64,000 nt of DNA, taken from the NCBI RefSeq assembly GCF_009914755.1, contig NC_060929.1; one strand, 5' to 3'. Made by a program: the position numbers and the translations under genes. Positions 28,991-44,535 of this stretch are shown piece after piece; positions within the stretch are counted from its first letter, which is position 1; every line of letters starts with the position of its first letter. Source of the DNA: the human T2T-CHM13v2.0 reference genome, Homo sapiens. The notes below the pieces were generated by a model. That model had not been told where the DNA came from. It was given only the letters and a program-made list of their open reading frames with translations, and made no database searches.

Positions 28991-29479
28991 ATGTATACTG
29001 GACAAGGAATTCTGGCTGGAACTGCTGTCTGGTGAGCTTAATAGATCCCACAAATACAGCAAAACTTACACTGCAGAAGTTTGGAATTTTTGCTAACTCA
29101 GAAAGGCTTAAGATGATCTAAGTAGATTCTATAAAGGAAGGCTTAGCTAAGCAACTTAATAATGCAAACAAGATAGAGGAAGACAAGTTTCTAGAAAAAC
29201 CAAGCATTGTAAACACATTCAGCAACTTTAAGAGTTCTCCTATAAAATAAGCTTCCTTAAGCACCTCGATGGGTCACAAGTTCACTTTCAGATGTACACA
29301 ATCTTAAAATGCAAACAAATGGCTCTTTTTCATAGATGCTCTATAATCAAGACTTTCCACAGATGCACATTATCTACTTTTATGCAAGGGACTTTGGTAC
29401 ATGAAATGGAAAGCAACATTTAAGACCACATTTTATGCTATCAGTGTTATTATCCTTGTCTTAATCTTAATGCCAGTGG

Positions 29480-29700
29480 CTATCATGTTATTGAACACTT
29501 TCCACGTGCCTGGCACTGTGTTAAAGATTTTGTATATATTACTTAATTTAATCCTATTATCCTATTTTTATGCCTGTTTTAAAAATGAGCCAACTGAGAT
29601 TAGCGGTTAAGTTCTACAGCTGTGGTTACCTAGGTAGTAAGTAGCAGAGATGGGATTGAATTGAACTGGGCTAACTCTAGGGCCCAGGCTTTCAGCAGAT
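29480..29700 (-). mobile_element. MIR
   Basis: gtgcctggcactgtgttaaag...gtaagtagcagagatgggattgaa. Confidence 0.75.
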
Positions 29701-30964
29701 GGTAATACAGTCGGGGAGGATAAAAGAAAAGATAAATAAAACTGTCAGGCAATAAATGATAAGTGTCAAATGAGATGCGGGTGATAAATGCTAACAGAGG
29801 GTAATAGCCCTTGGTAAGTGCCATTAGCTGGTTTGGTAATAACAGGTTTGCTCTGTTCAAGTCTTCATCTTGAAAAAGTATGATAGCAGCCCAGGGCTTA
29901 AGAACAAGTATACTGAAACGATGAATTGTTTCTGGATGGTGCTTCTATAGTTTGTCATATTGAATGCCAGATGTCACTAGTTCTTTGTGCAGTGTGGTGA
30001 TTCCAGAGAAAGAAGGTGATTCCCCATAGCTGCAAATCAACAGTTAAGAAGAACCACATCTCTGAACATACTTCCTATTATTTCTATTTAAATGACATCG
30101 CTGAGAGCAAAGAAGAAAAAAAACTAAATCTCCTAGACACATAAAATTATAAAGTATCTTTATCTTTTTTTTTAAGTAAAAAACATTTAGAGCAACTAGA
30201 GTCTTCAGATTCTTTTATAGCCTGGTCTATTTTGCAAATACCAACCATTGTATTATGGGTATCAACAAGACAAGGATGATTTAGTCCCAACTTGGAGATG
30301 TGAAATAAACCACTATGCAGGTTGCATTAAATCAGTCCTGAAATGAATCTTCCAGATATTAAATCTGGGCTTTTCGGGACAGTTTTATTTGCTAATATGC
30401 CTAATAAATTGAAAGCTGCCAGTGTTGTCATGAGATGTATACCCTGAAAATCATAACCAATGTGAAAATGCCAATCTGCAGCAACCAGATGTGGCAAGGG
30501 ACAGGGTTTCCAGGAGGAGGGTGCGTGCTGTGTTTAAGTGAAGCTCTGGCTGGCATGCCCGTTTCTCCAGATGCAACCACTCAGGATCCCCCAGGACTGT
30601 TGTCATTCCTGAGTTATAGAAGCAAGGGAAACACAAGGCTCTCGGATAAAAGCAAACCAGGCCACAGGACTTGGACAATGAAAACTTAGTCAATTTTAAC
30701 TTTTGAAACCTTTGAAAGACAATATTCCTGTTGTAACCTGTAGCTTATTTGTTTCTCCTTATTTTATTTTGAGGTCTCTTAAATCACCACCAATTTGTCT
30801 AAAATTTAATTTTGTTCCACTTTTTGGGGGGCTTCCACAAAGTTTGGGATTGATGACTTTCTTGTCTCCTGTCTACCCAGCGTCCTATTGAATTCTAATT
30901 GGTCTGTGGCTGAAATCAAAGATATTAGGGCCATCCATCTCTCGGCAGGAAGAACAGCAGAATC

Positions 30965-31170
30965 GAAGTCAGAGCTGAGTTCAAACTCTGGCTCTATATA
31001 CTCCCTAGGTTAGGTCATTTCATCCTTCCCACACCTCCTTTTCTCAGCATCTAACGGGGTAAAACATACTATTTCATAGGGTTGTTTTTAGTATGAAATG
31101 GGACATTCTTTGTAAAGTGCTTAGTGCAGTGTCTGGTACATAGTACATGTTCAAGGACCTATAGCTGATA
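30965..31170 (+). mobile_element. MIR
   Basis: gagttcaaactctggctct...catagggttgtt...gtaaagtgcttagtgcagtgtctggtacatagta. Confidence 0.8.
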
Positions 31171-31639
31171 TTATTTCTGCACCGTACCTAAGTATTGAAG
31201 AACAGTAGGGGATACAATTCTCCTTATCATACATTTGGGGTTCAAGACTTCTTCCCAAGTGGAGAAATGGAAATCCAGTCTCTGACTTGCCCTTTCAGGT
31301 AACTGAAGGAGGAAATTAAACTCTGCACCTTAAAATTCTCACGGATCATGATAAAAGGCTCATCGAAAGGGTGCAGAATCTGGAGTTGGACCAAAGGAAG
31401 GTTAAGCACCAGGTCTATTTGAGAGAATTTCAGAGCCCCTCTGAACATAACTTTCCTGGTCTGTATAATCATGATAATAAAATACCTACCTCATGGTGTT
31501 TGTCAGGGTCAAATAAGATTATTTACATGAAAGAGGTCTACAGACTGTTAAGCTTTGGACCCGTCTGTAACATCTCCTTTTAGCACCCAGCACTGGGTCT
31601 GGGACATAGCAAGCAGCCAATTGAGAGGCTGTCACCTTT

Positions 31640-32075
31640 CCTCCAGACACCACATCTGCATCTTTTTCAGTGTTGCTGTTCGGGATGAAAGGGAGGAGTG
31701 GGGCCAGGCTAGTCTCCAGGGAGGTCACATGACCCAGGCCTGGCCAATCTGAACAGTACATCCCCCAGAAGCAGTGACTTGTTCAGGGATGGGCACATGA
31801 CCAAGCTGGGCCAATGAGAATAAGCTCCAGAACCTTTACAGGAACTATTAGAAAAAGAAGCTCCTTTATCTGCCAAACTCCATGCTGAAGAGGGTAAATG
31901 AAAATGCTGGGAGCCACCATGTAAAAACAGTCTCAATGACATTATTGAGCCACTAGATCCAGCCTTGCCTGGACTCTTTGAATTTTTAGTTTTATGAGCA
32001 AGTTTCCTTTCTTTATTAAAAAAGCCATTTTGAATTAGCATTCTATTATTTGCAAATGAGAATCTCGACTATACT
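31640..32075 (+). mobile_element. MLT1J/K/L-type MaLR solo LTR
   Basis: cacatgacccaggcctggccaatc...gggcacatgaccaagctgggccaatgag...gagccactagatccagcc. Confidence 0.8.
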
Positions 32076-33119
32076 TCAACAGTAGATATTGTCTTTAACC
32101 TTGTTCTATAAGCTAGATATTCTTTAAGAAGTAAAAATTTGTACAAAATGTATCTATGCACATTTCTTTCTGGGGAAGAGGGGTAGACAGAATCATTAGT
32201 CTACAGCATTCTAGATTTCTGCTTACACAGAAACCTCTCTGTTTTAGCAAACTGGCTTCTGCCCTAAACTTTACTGTAACTATCCTACGAATATATGTAC
32301 TTATTCATTCCACATTCCCCTTGGCCTTTCCTGGTATCTTGAATTGCTGATCACCAGATGGGCCATAAAGATGGCATTAGACATTGGCTGGTCCAGATGT
32401 GGGGGGTGACCAGAGCCTAGGATCACAATGATAAATAGAGACCATCTTACTAGCCAATTTCTGACTGCTGATGGCTGCTTGGCGATTTGTTTTGAGATTT
32501 GTGGAAGTCCAAGCCTAGGCTAAGTAGAAAAGTGTGTGATGATCCATTAACAATGCCTGCAGTGGGCTAGGGGGAGGAAGCTGAGGCACTGCTGATCCTA
32601 ACAAACATTTAGAGCTCAGATTTATCAGTTTAGAGTTTTAATTCTTACCAGTTCACCTAGGGGGAGTTTGAGGTCCAAGAAAGTAAGGTGCTAAGATAAA
32701 TTATTAATATAAAAGATTGATTGGTAATTTACATCTTTCCACTGACACCAATATCCATGTCCCAGGATCCTAAAAGGAGCTGGGGCACTTATTCTAGGAA
32801 GATGAAATGATGATCAGTTTTCCTAAAGTAGGACAAACTGTAGTGAATACACCAGAAGAAGGGTTTGGGATAACTTCCAAAGAACAGCTCCATGGTGTTG
32901 TCTGCATGTAAAATTTTCCCGAGTTCAAGAAGGAGAAAAAAGTACTTAGCAACTAAATTAGTTGTTCAAAACTGATATCTGATACAATTCTCATAGGGAA
33001 TAGAGAAAGAAAACTGATCTCAACCAGCTGGTGAATCCAAATAGTCAACTGCCATGAACTGAACGTACTTTGTGTTTAAAATGTATGTGTAAACTGAATT
33101 CATGCTAGGCTAAGAACAG

Positions 33120-33320
33120 CAAATCTGAGTAGTAATCTCAGTTCTGGGACAATCTAGCTGGGTGACTCTAGATTAGCTTCTCTAAGTCTCAGTTTCATTA
33201 TCTGTAAAATCAGTATAATAATGCCTATTTATCCCAAAGCATTGCTGTGTAGGTCAAATGAGAAATATGAAAGTGCTTTGTAAAGCTAGGAAGCATTATG
33301 CAAGTGCAAGGTATTATATG
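33120..33320 (+). mobile_element. MIR
   Basis: tctaagtctcagtttcattatctgtaaaat core. Confidence 0.75.
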
Positions 33321-34867
33321 AGTGAACACACACTCTCTCTATATGTGCACATATACACAGTTTATGAATAATATATGAGCTCCCTGTGTCTCAGATCCAT
33401 TTTGATCAATAATCTCACCTCCATGCTCACACAGAACATTAGGGACAAACACCTTGAATTAGTGCTTTGACAGTAACTACAATGGCATTGAAGAATAGTG
33501 TTGAAAAAAGGAAAACAAACAGGAAACTGCTGACAGTTGCTTTAAGTCACAAACTCTATCTGAACAAAACTCCTTGGCGAATCCCTAAGCAGTAATTCAA
33601 TAAACAAAGCCATTCACTCGGTTTTACCCCCACAGTCCTTGGTGGCCCAGCAGCGCACATTCTGAAGGTTCACTTTGTTATGCACAGTCCCCATCCTAGG
33701 ACTAATCTTTTTATAATGAACTTAATCCAGTTAGAACTCCCTAGAATGGCCACATGTCAAAGTAATTGGATAACGGCCCGAGATTTTGTAATTATTCTTA
33801 CTCTTCAAGCAGAGCTGGTTTGAGTCTGCCCACCCCTCCTATCGCTGACAACCCTTCCCAGTGATAAAGCTAATACCAATGGGGCGGGGAGAGTCAGATA
33901 GCTGTGTCTTGTGGGGCAGGGTGTTAGCAGGAGAGGAGTGAGAGAGAGACAAAGGGAAGAGAGGTGGAGAGTCAGCCACTCCTGGTAGACAATCTGTCTC
34001 TCTTAATAGGCTGCTCCTTGCAATAAAGAAATGCAGACTTCTGAAGGCGTAGGTATCTCTGCACCATGGGGAAGAACAATTAACCCAGTTGAGAAAATGG
34101 TTTTGAACAATTTTGCAGCTGCTTGGGCACTGCTTCCCTTCTCATTTTTCAATTTACCTTTCCCCCACCGAAGCATGCCATACTTGCCTCTGCTGTCCCT
34201 GTTACCCTACAGCAAAGACATAACACCTCTTTTGGGGTAGTAGGCCCAAAAAATGACCTGAAAGAGGAAGTATGGGTTGAGTCAGTGAATATGGAGTTAA
34301 GATGCCAAAACTGTCCCCTAAAAACAGAAAATTCAACTGTATAACAAAACTAAAAGGGTACCTTCCACCTCCCAGTTTGTCCATTGTCTATGGGTGAAAG
34401 TCGTGAGCAAGTGTGGGCTTGCCATCCCCTAAGCTACTTTGTATGGTGACTTGATGGCTCTTTAATATCAAATGGGCCTCTCAGTTGTATCCCTAACTTA
34501 CTCTGAGGTAAGAACAGTGGCTCCATTCAATAAACCCATGCCAACCTCGTGAAGGGTCTGTACCTCCAGTTGTCCACAGGTTGCTGATGAAATAGAGATG
34601 AGTATCAGGACCCCAACTGGGACTGACCTGTGACACCCGAGGAAAGGAAGAGGAAGGAGGGAAGGAGAGGCCCCAGGGTGGTACCTGTTCAGCTCAGAAG
34701 ATTGGCAACACTGACACTCAACTTCTGGAAAGGGAATGGGACCCTGCTAGCTCATGCCCCACAAAGTCACATCACACTGATAACATATCAGGGAGTTGCT
34801 TTAATGACTGACCATGCAAAACTGCATTCCAGAAAAGAAAACCAAAGGAAGATCAAAAGCTTCGTGA

Positions 34868-35170
<303 letters not shown>

Positions 35171-37173
35171 CAGTATCCGGTCTTAGGCAAGAGAGATGAT
35201 CACACATTCTGGCCTGGCCTCTCCACAGAGGTTCTGTGTCTCCGCCTGGAACCCTCTCCACATGCTATACTTTTAATATGTTCTAGGTCTGCTTTCAGTT
35301 ATTCCAACTATATCAACACTGAGAGAGAGAAAACAATCCCGACTGCTTTAGGGCTAAACTCGGGTGTTTCCTCCTCCCAACACGTGCAACAAAACGCATG
35401 CATATGTGGCTCTGTGAAGAGGCAGCCAGCGTCTTAGGGAAACCCAAAACCATGTACAAAGAAAGAGGGCAGTGGTTCCACTAGGCCTGGGCCAAATATC
35501 TCTTGATTTGTTCTAATCTTTGGGCTTGTGCTTAATGTCATGATTGGATTAGAAACAAGATTTTCCTCCCAGGCTATGAACTTGGAAAGTTTCTCGCGTA
35601 CTGTTTCTAAATTCCTTGTTACAATAATAGCCGCACTCTATGTACTAAGTTTTATGTGCTGTATTCTTATTTAATTCTTACGACAATGCTAGGGGGGAGT
35701 CACATCAAATGTAGGTGGTAGCAGTGAGGCTCTGAGATGAAACAATTTCCCTGAGTTTACCTGGCTGGTTTTCAATGAGGCTGGGATTGGGACTTGTGTC
35801 TGTGCTTGCAATCACTATACACGTTGACCCTTTAGCTCTTTCTTATGGCTGCTGATTTGAGAACCTATCCAAGGGCCTGAGAGACCAAGGGAGGGGACTC
35901 AGTTGACCCCAGTCCTCTCAGCCTCCCCAGCCTCTTTGTAATAGAGAATCAGTCCTGCTGCAGGACCTACAGGACCAGAGAGCCTTAGTATCACCCACAG
36001 ATGCTACCATGGGGCAGCAGCATTGGGCTGGAGACATTGGGCCCCAACCTCCCAAATGCCTGCAGATAGCCTGGGCCCTGCCTTTTCCTACTGTGCCTCC
36101 CCAAGCCCCAAGGGGCAGCGGCTGTTAGGGAGGGATTCTCATGGTCCCATAGTGTTCCCCAGCCTTGTTCACGCAGCACAACAGTGACATCCAGGGGAGA
36201 GGCTTGGTGATGGCAGGGACCACCTGGCTCCAGCATCTTCTGCAGGTTTCTGGGCTGATTTGCAAGCACAGGCCCTGAATCATCAGAGGACAGGCATCTG
36301 GGGGCTTGTGGGTCCACAATCCCCTCTGCGGCCTGCCTGGGGTCTTTCGACACCGGACACACGCTCACCCCCTAGCCCAGCCTTCATCCCTCATTCTCAC
36401 CCCTTCCCTACTCTTTGCTCAGTTACTCCAGGGTTTAGAAAGGGTGTCTTCAACTTGACCTACTGGAACACACAGCTGCTCCCCTCCCCTTCGAACACCT
36501 CTCCATTTGCAAAGCCTTTTATCAGCTCCATCTGATGATAGAGAACAGGTTTCTGGAACTAAAAATTAGCTCAGTCTTTTTTTCAAAGAGAAAAGATTTC
36601 GCAATTAAATGGTGAATGTATGGGGGTGTATTGTTATTATTACTATTATGTCTCACACTAGCATTTTCTAGTTTCTATATATTGTGGTGTCCCCTTTGTT
36701 TTGATCTGCATGAGAAAGTCAGTATTGTCTATGGAAGTAAGAAACATACACTGCACAAAAGGAATTAGATCCTACACACACACACATAAATATGCAAGTA
36801 TTTAAACATTTAAACAGAAACCAAGGGCAATATAAACTAAAAGGCTGAAAGAGAAATGCAACGAGAGAAAAAACAGATGCTTGCCTCTGCTGGGGACTTT
36901 TCTGGGGGAACATTTGGGCTGATGCTGCCCATCACCTTTCCCTGGCCTGTGGGTGTCATCTCTGCAGACTGCACTCTGGGATGTTCCCTGGGTCCCTCGG
37001 GAGCTGCAGGGAGAGCCGCCGTCTGCCGCCCTGGTGCCTGGACTCCACTCCCCCAGGCCCCTGCTCACTGCTCTCTTTGGCCAGGAGGTGGCAGTGCAGA
37101 GATGTTGCATGGGACTGTGGCCCAAAAAGGAGGCATAGGAAGAAAAAAAACAGGCTGGGGTGGTGGGCCTTGA

Positions 37174-37776
<603 letters not shown>

Positions 37777-38599
37777 TGAATGACTGTGTGCCACACTTTC
37801 CCTTCTCTGCCGGACCTGACGCGCCACCCCAGCAACACCCCTGCCTTGTCCGGGGCCTGATGCACTGCCTGGCACACAGTGGGTGCTTGCCCACTATTAA
37901 TAGTCATGGCAACAGAAGGGCAACAGAAGCCCCCACAGCAAACGGGGGCTGTGGATTTTTGGGTTCAGAGGAGACTCAGCGAAGGAAGAGGCTCCGTTGG
38001 AACAGGCAGGGTTTAGGTGTCATGTGATTTAGGTGCATACAGAGAACAGAGCCGGAGCCTGAGGGGGCTGCAGATGGATGTGAGGCTGCAGGTAGAAACT
38101 CCCTCTCAGCACCTGAGAGAAATGATTGTGAGGTCGGGAGACACTTTGCAAGTCCTTCTGAGGCAGGTGTAAGTTGTGGAATTTTCCCTTTCTGGAGATT
38201 TTTAAGAAAAGGAAGCTTTGGTGGATTGATTTCACTGCAAGATGCAGGGCTGAGAATTTCAATTGTATTTTTTTCCCCCATTAGCAGTTGTTTGTCTCAG
38301 CAGCTCTTGCTCTAGGAACAAAGTCTAATGTGACCCCAATATTTAAAGCATATACATGGATTCTGATTAACCATGAAGAAGGCCAGAACTCTGTTATTAG
38401 GGCTGCCCCCGGGTTATTCTCTTACCCAGGATAGTGTCAAAGACATCTGTGAGCACCGCAGGGCTCTGCTAAAGTGGGTTTGGAAATCATTGGTGGGGAC
38501 TAATTGTCAGGGCCTGGGATTTGGTCCTTTCTGGTCATCTGCTGAGTCAACTTTGGGTGTGTCTTCCTGAGCTATGAAGGGAGGAGTGTGGACTAGCTT

Positions 38600-38750
38600 A
38601 GCAGTTCCCACACCTGGCTGCCCTTCAGGCTCTTCTGCAGAGGTCGTTAAAAACACAGATGCCTATGCCCACCCCACCTCTCCAGGATCAGAACTTCCTG
38701 GGGCATATGAGCATCTGTATTTTTCATGAGTGTGTCTGGGGACTCTAACA
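38600..38750. mobile_element. MER5-type hAT-Charlie MITE
   Basis: gttaaaaacacagatgcctatgcccacccc...gatcagaact...gcatctgtattttt. Confidence 0.7.
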
Positions 38751-39232
38751 GTCAGGTCAGCTCACCCCTGAACAAGCTGACCTGTGGGGTGAACGGAGTT
38801 TCACCTGCGGGTGTTCTGAGGCTCTTATCTCCAGGCAAACCTGACTGGATTTGGTTAAGCTAAGCTTCCCTTCCAGTAAGTGTCACTGAGCATGGGCCAC
38901 AGAGAATCCTGCAGTCATGGGGACTGTTCAGCGTCTTTGCAGACAGTCCAGGAGGAATGAGACCATGAGAAATTCAAAGCAACTGGGGGCTCCATGAAGT
39001 TCATATCTGTGGTATGTCATACACATGTGGTTCCATGAAATCTCAGTCCTGGGAACGTATCACAGAGATGGTTTCACTCTTATTATAGCCAGCCTATCCT
39101 CCAGAGAAAGATTCCTTACAGAGATCTTTCAAAAGTGTGTGCTGTGACTAGATACACAAGGCCAAAAACAGCTGACCCATGTAGACAAAAGACCCAAAGA
39201 ACAACTGTCAAATATACAACAGTAAAAATGAA

Positions 39233-39531
<299 letters not shown>

Positions 39532-39663
39532 TGAATCTTTTCTAGGTTTAGATTCAGAAACCAGTGTGTAAGGTGAGGTCACAGCTAGTTAAAATTACCC
39601 TTGAAAGTTCCTTAAACCACTGAAAAAATACAGCATTGGATGGCTTTGAATATACATACAGTC

Positions 39664-40033
39664 TGCTGTGGTCTAAATATTTATTTCCCACCCCACCCCG
39701 CCCAAATTCATCTGTAGAGGCCTAATCACTAATGTGATGCTATTTAGAGGTGGGGAGTTTGGGAGGTGATTAGGTCATGAGGGAGGAATGCTCATGAATG
39801 AAATTGTGCCCTTATAAAAGGGACCCCAGAGAGCTGCCTTGTCCCTTCCTCCATGTGAGGAAGTAGCTGGAAGGCACCTTCTATGATCCAGGAAACACCC
39901 TCAACAGACACCAAATCCGCTGGAGCTTTGATCTTACACTTCTAACCTCCAGAACTGTGAAGAGTAAGTTTCTGAAGTTCTAAGTCACCCAGTCTATGGT
40001 ATTTTATTATAAGAGCCCCAGTGGAACAAAACA
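39664..40033 (+). mobile_element. MLT1A-type MaLR solo LTR
   Basis: TG...CA ends; gggaggtgattaggtcatgaggg...cccttataaaaggg...cctccagaactgtga. Confidence 0.92.
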
Positions 40034-40071
40034 AGCTCTGCATAGTCATATGTGCATGTTAATATATAGAG

Positions 40072-40297
40072 CAGAGGAAGAGAAACGTTTTCTTAGAAGG
40101 CCAGTCAATACTTTAGCCTTTGTGGGCAACATACACAGTCTCTGTTGCCACTCAATTCTGTTTCTAGGAAAAAAGCAGCCATTGATAGTACCAAATGAAT
40201 GAACTCTGTTTCGATAAAACTTTATTTACAGAAACATTCTGTGGGCCAGACTTGGCCTAGGGGCCAGTTTCCCAGGCCATAGTTTGCTGAACTTCTG
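40072..40297 (-). mobile_element. MER58A
   Basis: aaaactttatttacagaaac...gggccagacttggcc...ccatagtttgctga. Confidence 0.8.
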
Positions 40298-40573
40298 TTA
40301 CAAAACATAATAAAGAGGGGGAAAACCCATTTTACAAAAAAATACCTGCCTCAAAACATTACCACGTAAGGATGTGAAAGTAGGTCTGAAGAGCAGATTC
40401 ATGTTTTTACCTCAGACTCACCCTGCACATACGCTGACCAAAATGGCAGTTGCAATTGCCCAGTATATAAATGATTTATCTGCCTCTCATGGCTCAGCAC
40501 AGTGTCGGATTCCATAAGTTGCATACTAGCCTTCACAATTCGATATATAAATATGAAAACAAACACCAAACCT

Positions 40574-40875
<302 letters not shown>

Positions 40876-42144
40876 CCATCAAATCTATTTAATTTCAGTG
40901 AGTTATAGTGCATCTTATAGATTCAGCATACAGCACATCTAAGCCATGGGGGGCAGGGAAAGGGAATATTATACATAAGGTTCTGTCCCTTTATCTCAGG
41001 AGATAACAGTCACAAGGAGAAAAATTGGCCCCAGGTAGAAGATCAGGCAAGGACAGCCACTGGGTGGGGGAGGTGGGTTCAGGCTATGTTTTTCTGCCAG
41101 CATTCTGCAAGAGACTAGCACCAGTGTTTTCTTTCAAATGGTCAAAGCACGAAGGTTCTTGTGAAACCCTTACAAATACTTGGCCTAGTATTTAAGGCAT
41201 AGTGACTTAATGTCAACACTGGTTACAGCAACAACTGATTCCCAGCTATAAACAATTTTTATTAGTAAGAAAAATGTTGCTTTTGACAATAGGAAGGAGT
41301 TGCAGCATTTGATGGGAAAATCCAAGAAATGAGCTCCTGCCCTACTCCTTCTAGAAGGGAACCCTCTTCATAATAAGGAGGTTCCTGCTGACCAAAGCCT
41401 GATCCAGGCCAAGGCTCATCTGTTCCTGTCTCTGTCTATCCCTATAAAACTGTCTCATGAAGAGAGACCTCTGCCAAAGAAAGATGCAGAGTAAAGACAC
41501 CCATGATTTAAGGTCTTTGATGCACAGGGCTGTTAGGGATGTAAGAAATATATGGTGCCACCCCAGAGAAACAAAGTGGGAAGGTCACTCTGACTTCCCT
41601 CATCCCTAGCATCCATGCTTACCGCCCTGGATCCCCACCTCGCCTGGCTGCTCAAGCCTGTCTTGAATCTTCTAGAGTTTCCTGGGGAAGTAGGAGGCAG
41701 CTACAAAGAGTTAGGAAATAGATTTAATGAGAAATATTCCCCCAAAGATCGCAAGTGCTGTGGGTTATAAACGAAGCCATGCATCATGGGGCCGCCTGTA
41801 ATATTTTAAAAGTGGTGTTGGAAAACCGCCTCCAATAAACTTGGGAGAAGACGGATCACCTTTCTGAAAACGCAAAATAGGATGCTGTGGGCATAAATAT
41901 ATGCAAAGACCAGATTTTGATCCATCCTGAGTTAAGAAGCAAGGCCTCGTTCCTCTTTTCTGGCATTCCTGGTGCTCCAGCTGTAAGAGGTTTATTACTG
42001 GAGCTCAGCTCACGTTTACATTTCAGGCTGATTGTTGGCACCAGCGTCACATCTGGTATTACTTCCCCCAAGTGGCTGCATTCTGCACCAGGCACCCGGC
42101 CCTGTCACCCTCAGAAGTCCCCTCCAACATTTCCCTACAATCTC

Positions 42145-42316
42145 AGAGAAGAAGGGAAAATGCCAAAAAAAAAAAAAAGAGGGGAGAAGGCAAAGGGATT
42201 AAAAAAAAAAAAAAAGACAGAGAGGGAGAGAACAAAAGGCAAAAGGAACTACCATGAAGAAGAAAGAAAGGGCAAGGGTAGTGAGAAAAGGAAAAGTGAG
42301 AGGAAACAAAGAGAGT
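42145..42316 (+). repeat. A/G-rich low-complexity tract
   Basis: Two A runs plus GA-rich sequence. Confidence 0.8.
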
Positions 42317-42387
42317 GGACAAACCCATGAATGGGCTGACCCAATTGGAGGCTGTCTGCTCTTGTACTTTTTCCAGAGATTAGGCCT

Positions 42388-42836
42388 TGTTAAAGATAAA
42401 AGTTATTCATGACCCTTTTATTCAGGACCATTGCGATGGGTGTGGGACCACAGCAATGAGGTTTCGCAGTCGGGGAGAGAGATTGGGCTCAACTCTGAAT
42501 ACAGTGTGGGCAGGTGGGGGTTTATAGCCAAAGAGCAGGGAGGGCGTCAGCAGATGGAAAATGACCAAGAACACACATCAGGGGTGAAGGGGGTTCTGGC
42601 TAAAGCCACCTAACAAGGTTTTTGCTGAGGACGGGTCGGGGAGACCAGACATCACCTGGGGGATTGTGGAGGATGAGGACCTTGACCAGATATCAAGGGT
42701 GGAGGATTCCGGCTAAACAGGCTTAGTAGGATTCTTGCAAAAATTATACATGAAAGTCCCAAAGTCAAGGCCTAGTTGGGAACAGGACTCAAAGGATCCT
42801 GATTAGAGTTTGGTCATGGAGAGAGATTCTTGGTCA
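42388..42836 (-). mobile_element. MER31-type ERV1 solo LTR
   Basis: Reverse complement begins tgaccaagaatctctctccatgaccaaactctaatcagg, matching the MER31 start; TG...CA ends. Confidence 0.82.
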
Positions 42837-44324
42837 GTATAACCCAAATGGATGCTTCTTCCACGCCCATGGCTGCAAGCAAATCAGTGCGACCTTCATG
42901 CATTGACTTAGCAGCTATTTCTGAGCAATTTACTATGCCCATCTCATCAGTGCCGTTGTGAGGATTCAAAGAAATAGCAAGTGCTTAGTAAAGGGCCTAC
43001 CACCCAGGAAGGACTTAACAGCATCTTAGCTACTATGAACATCCATTACTCCTCAATGAGACTACAGTTTCGTGGGGAAAGGGAGAATATGTCAGAATAT
43101 TACATTCTTGGCCCATGTCTTTATACAACAGATCACTTAGAAATAGGAACACACAGCTGGTTCTCCTCCGTAACGTGAAGCTAATGATAACTATCCCACA
43201 AGGCTGTGGCAATTAAGTAAGATAATTGGTGCAAAGCACTGTACAGGTCTCCAGGCACAGAGAAGCACTTTATAGCCTGTTACCACTGCTGCAGAGCCCA
43301 GTGCCTGGAAGAGCCCAGTGCCTGGCACATCCGTGGCAGATGCTTGATATAGCCTTGCTGGATGAAGGTAGGTGCTGAATGCACATTCACACCCACACTC
43401 TCTTTTGGGCTCCATAATTTACTCTCGGCCCAGGGAATTGGGGCAACAGAATCAAACATTTACTGTGCACAAAGAGCTCTCATACATAAATATTTATTTG
43501 CCCTTCAAAATGTTTTCACTGCTGCCGGCGGCTGAGCACTGAAGAAATGCTATATTTAAGCATCTGAGTTGACGACGTCTAGAATACAGTCATAATGGGC
43601 CCCCAAATAGGCTTTTCCTGTGGAGCTGGGAACTGAGAACATTTTACTTCAAAGGTGTCATTTCTGCTGGGGGGAAACAAGTGTCACTCCAGAGCCCAAC
43701 AGTTCATGGAAAATGGTCTTATTCTAGATGATCAAGCGTCGGGAGGAAGGAGGCAAGAAGGGGGGCAGAATGCTTTGGCACTGGCTTCTTCAGAGTATTT
43801 GACCTTGGGCAGGTTACTTACCCTCCTGAACCCTAACCACTTAGCGACAAACTGGGAATAATTACCCCAAATGATATCGGGCTGGAGGAGGGGAGCACGG
43901 ATAATGGACACAATGTGAGAGGACTGTATCTGGCACATATGAGGCTCTCCAAAATGGTTAGCTATTATAATCATTAATATATAATTATATATATAATGAA
44001 TGGCAATTATTTGTTAGAAACACTGGCTTAGTTTTAGGTGGGGCCTGGGGAGCATAAACACTAGGACTCTCCGAGAGTAAAGGAAGAACACTTACTCCTA
44101 ACACCTGTCAGATTCCCAGCTCACAGCTCAAAGCTGGTTAGCTCCTGCAAAGCAGGTTCCTGGAGATAATCTATCCATTAATCAACAAAGTACTTCAAGA
44201 TTACAAAAATATTTCCATTTTACAGATGAGACAAGTAACACGTGAAGAAAGGATGTAGCCTTTCCAACGTCATTTGAAGCCAAGGTCTTCTGTCTCCAAA
44301 GCCTAAGACCCTAGCACTGAGGGA

Positions 44325-44535
44325 GCTCAAACTCAGGCTAATTGGGGCCAGGCAGGTAAGGCAGGAGGGGGAAGTGGCTGGCAGGAAAGCAATTGTTTGG
44401 TAAACTGATGAGTAAAGAGATTGTTTAAAGAGGACAGTTCTAGCTGATTGTTGCCTTGAGAGAATGCAGGTCACAGTGGCCAGATCTTCTGAGTTTTCAA
44501 GCAAAATGAAAGCTCTGGAGTTTTAATGGTGAAAA
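44325..44535. mobile_element. MER45-like hAT-Tip100 fragment
   Basis: ggggccaggcaggtaa...gtggccagatcttctgagttttcaag; a similar copy lies at about 4435-4640. Confidence 0.55.

Noticed and set aside
32387-32410. ggctggtccagatgtggg resembling a Y RNA 5' end
   Set aside because: Similarity ends after about 9 nt; it lies in a probable old hAT (MER102-like) fragment.
41887-42330. 147-aa ORF with Lys/Arg/Glu-rich tail
   Set aside because: The tail is an artefact of the poly-A/purine-rich low-complexity tract.
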